Shown here one piece after another: positions 32,763-34,762 of a DNA stretch of 34,762 bases. Under the pieces are notes generated by a model, which was not told where the DNA came from, did not search any database, and was given only the letters and a program-made list of their open reading frames with translations. Numbering within the stretch: the first letter of the stretch is position 1; every line of letters starts with the position of its first letter. This DNA is from a virus (taxonomy: Duplodnaviria > Caudoviricetes), in the IMG/VR virus record IMGVR_UViG_3300020045_003800, positions 1 to 34,762 of that record. The stretch is one strand, 5' to 3'. The translations under genes were made by a program, and so were the position numbers.

Positions 32763-34493
32763 CTACCCCAAAAGTTTATAAAGTCCAGCCCCAGTCAATG
32801 CCGCGCCACCCAATTGACCAAATGGATTTGCACCGCCACCTGTACCATAAGTTGATGTGCTTCCGCCCGTTGTCATTCCAGCCGCTTGTTGTTGCAATGT
32901 AATGTTGTCGAGTTGTCGCTGGTTGTCGTATTGGTTTATGTCAGTTTGATTGTTGTAAAGCGCGTCCTGTCCTGCGTTGTAGTTCGTATTTGCTCCACTC
33001 AGTACATTCAAGCCACCCACCGCATTGTTTAGATTATTCTGCGTTTGCCCCATTTGCTGCGTGTTGTTTTGCAGTCCTAAATTCGCGTTAAACTGGCTGT
33101 TGGTGTTTGCATTACCAGCATTGAATTGGTTGTTGTTTAGCGTGTTACCTGCGTTGAACTGGTTGTTGTTCATTCCGTTACTGGCATTCGCTAATGAAAC
33201 ATTTGTATTCAATTGACTATTTGTTGTGCTTGCACCCGCTGCGCCGCTTGCGTTCGCTAAATTGAGCGCGTTTTCTTGTTGTGCGCCGAATTGGTTGTTT
33301 TGCAGTGTATTTCCCGCGTTGTACTTCGACATATCATTGATTTGGCTTGTGTCGTACTGATTACCTGCCATTTCATTGGTTGCGTTTTGCAATCCGATTT
33401 GATTAGCTTGCCCAACATTAAACTGTGCATTTTGCCCCGCTTGACTGTTTAGCTCACTTGCCACACTCAACATATTTTGCTGCGCGTTTTGATACGCTTG
33501 ACCATAAAGTTTTGTGCCTTGGTCGGCGTTGGATTGTGTTAAATCACGCGCATTTTTTTCGGCTTGTTGTAATGCTAATCCTTGTGCTACACCTTGACGA
33601 CTTGAACCATATTGTCCCGCCGCAAACGCATCGTTGTTGATACCTGGCATAACTTGTTGATTCAAGTTCTGCAGCATATCGCCATAGCCTTGCATCGATT
33701 GATTGATATTGGCTTGATTGATGCCTTCCAAATAAGGATTATCAATTTTTCCCGTTAGTAATTGCTGTAGTGAATTTGTCGGGTCAAGCGAACCTAATGC
33801 CTGACGCGCTTGTGTTAAATCACTTTCTGAAATACCAGCCGCTTGATAGGGTTGTGCTGTTTGAGCCGTTGCAGATTGATAACCAGGTAAGGCGGCAAGT
33901 TTCGCATCGGTATAACCTGCGCTACCTGCTGTGGCTTCTTTGGGTGCAACTGCGGTTGCATTTTGCGAGGTCGCTAGTGCTGCATTATCGACGGGTGCAA
34001 GATTCGTATCATATTTTCCGTCCATGATTGAATTGCCGAGCGTTGAACTGTCTTTGTAAAGCGCGTCTAAACCTTGTTGTCTTGTCGCAAGATTATCGGT
34101 GCGACCTTGATTCAAAGTCATTTGCTTTTGATAAATCGCGTTTTCGTTTTGACCTGTTGCTAAATTTGCTTGATAGTCCGACAAATCAGATTGTAACGAT
34201 TCGCGCTCTTTTTGTTGGCTTGCGCTTAACTTTTTGCCGCTGTCTAAAATGGCTTGAAACTTACTTAATTGTGATTGGTCGTCTGCAATGTGCGAGTTTG
34301 CCAATTCAATTTGTTTTTGCACCTCGGCAGGTGTGTTGTTATTGATAAAGTCCGTAATCATTGAGCGTGCTTTTTCACGCGAAAGTGTTGTGCCTTTATC
34401 GAATTTTTGGGTTGACGTGGTGTTTGCTGGTGCGCCGCCACCCATTGAAAACTTAGGTGAAACAACCGCCGCAATGTATTTGAATAATTTCAT
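32763..34493 (-). CDS. Internal virion/ejection protein with Asn/Gln-rich repeats
   Basis: 576 aa; GGG...TTSTQ N-terminus, NPYL, AGQYGSSRQGVAQG, repeated NQFNAGN. Confidence 0.75.
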   Translation of the reverse strand: MKLFKYIAAVVSPKFSMGGGAPANTTSTQKFDKGTTLSREKARSMITDFINNNTPAEVQKQIELANSHIADDQSQLSKFQAILDSGKKLSASQQKERESLQSDLSDYQANLATGQNENAIYQKQMTLNQGRTDNLATRQQGLDALYKDSSTLGNSIMDGKYDTNLAPVDNAALATSQNATAVAPKEATAGSAGYTDAKLAALPGYQSATAQTAQPYQAAGISESDLTQARQALGSLDPTNSLQQLLTGKIDNPYLEGINQANINQSMQGYGDMLQNLNQQVMPGINNDAFAAGQYGSSRQGVAQGLALQQAEKNARDLTQSNADQGTKLYGQAYQNAQQNMLSVASELNSQAGQNAQFNVGQANQIGLQNATNEMAGNQYDTSQINDMSKYNAGNTLQNNQFGAQQENALNLANASGAAGASTTNSQLNTNVSLANASNGMNNNQFNAGNTLNNNQFNAGNANTNSQFNANLGLQNNTQQMGQTQNNLNNAVGGLNVLSGANTNYNAGQDALYNNQTDINQYDNQRQLDNITLQQQAAGMTTGGSTSTYGTGGGANPFGQLGGAALTGAGLYKLLG

Positions 34494-34506
34494 GTTAAAG
34501 CCCTTT

Positions 34507-34519
34507 CGTCATCTCGACG
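34507..34519 (-). promoter_or_regulatory. Late-gene leader hairpin (first ejection gene)
   Basis: CGTC-GAGAT-GACG, 13 nt before ATG 34493. Confidence 0.7.
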
Positions 34520-34532
34520 TTAATGGTGTTTG

Positions 34533-34762
34533 TTAGAGTTCGATGCTGTAGTGCGTAGATTCTTCTTTAAATGCCAAGTTTGACAAAACCGCCTTCCAAA
34601 ATCCACGTCTTGAATAGGTATCAAGCCACCTTGCGCCAACCTCGTTTGCATAGTCAAAAAGACACACTTTTAATTCTTTGTGCCAACCCGCCATATTTTC
34701 ACCACCTAGCAAAAATAAATTAACCGCTGCACCTGTCGGATAGGTATGAATTTCAGTAATAA
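34533..34762 (-). CDS. 3' part of junction-spanning protein (see 1..317)
   Basis: Frame continues across the repeat to TAA at 34535-34533. Confidence 0.8.
   Translation of the reverse strand, partial: ITEIHTYPTGAAVNLFLLGGENMAGWHKELKVCLFDYANEVGARWLDTYSRRGFWKAVLSNLAFKEESTHYSIEL
34642..34762. repeat. Terminal direct repeat (copy 2)
   Basis: Identical to 1-121. Confidence 0.97.

Noticed and set aside
34642-34762. 121-bp terminal repeat as a biological terminal repeat
   Set aside because: It is exact, falls mid-gene and has a k-mer-like length, and the terminase is P22-like (headful). Best read as assembler overlap.

Overview
The window is an apparently complete, circularly assembled tailed-phage genome. 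Bases 1-121 are repeated exactly at 34642-34762, giving a unit length of about 34,641 bp, and one gene reads through the junction. The head module is P22-like podovirus (terS, terL, portal, scaffold, coat, adaptor, tail proteins, internal/ejection proteins including a lytic transglycosylase), preceded by a holin and an M15 endolysin. Control is lambdoid: divergent cro/cI with palindromic operators over PR and PL, a boxA site, an initiator with 21-bp iterons and a nin-like region. An early operon carries a YqaJ exonuclease, DUF3102-like protein, double HNH, SSB, MazG-like proteins and ThyX. I could not recognise an integrase, partition system or Q antiterminator. The most notable signals are non-coding: (i) a recurrent stem-loop with a G(A/U)GA(Y) loop just upstream of five late genes; (ii) a highly base-paired leader of about 250 nt after PL/boxA; (iii) two self-contained accessory cassettes with their own promoters; (iv) an HTH-less Mor-like gene at the late-regulator position. 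All product calls come from motif recognition and gene order, not database searches.
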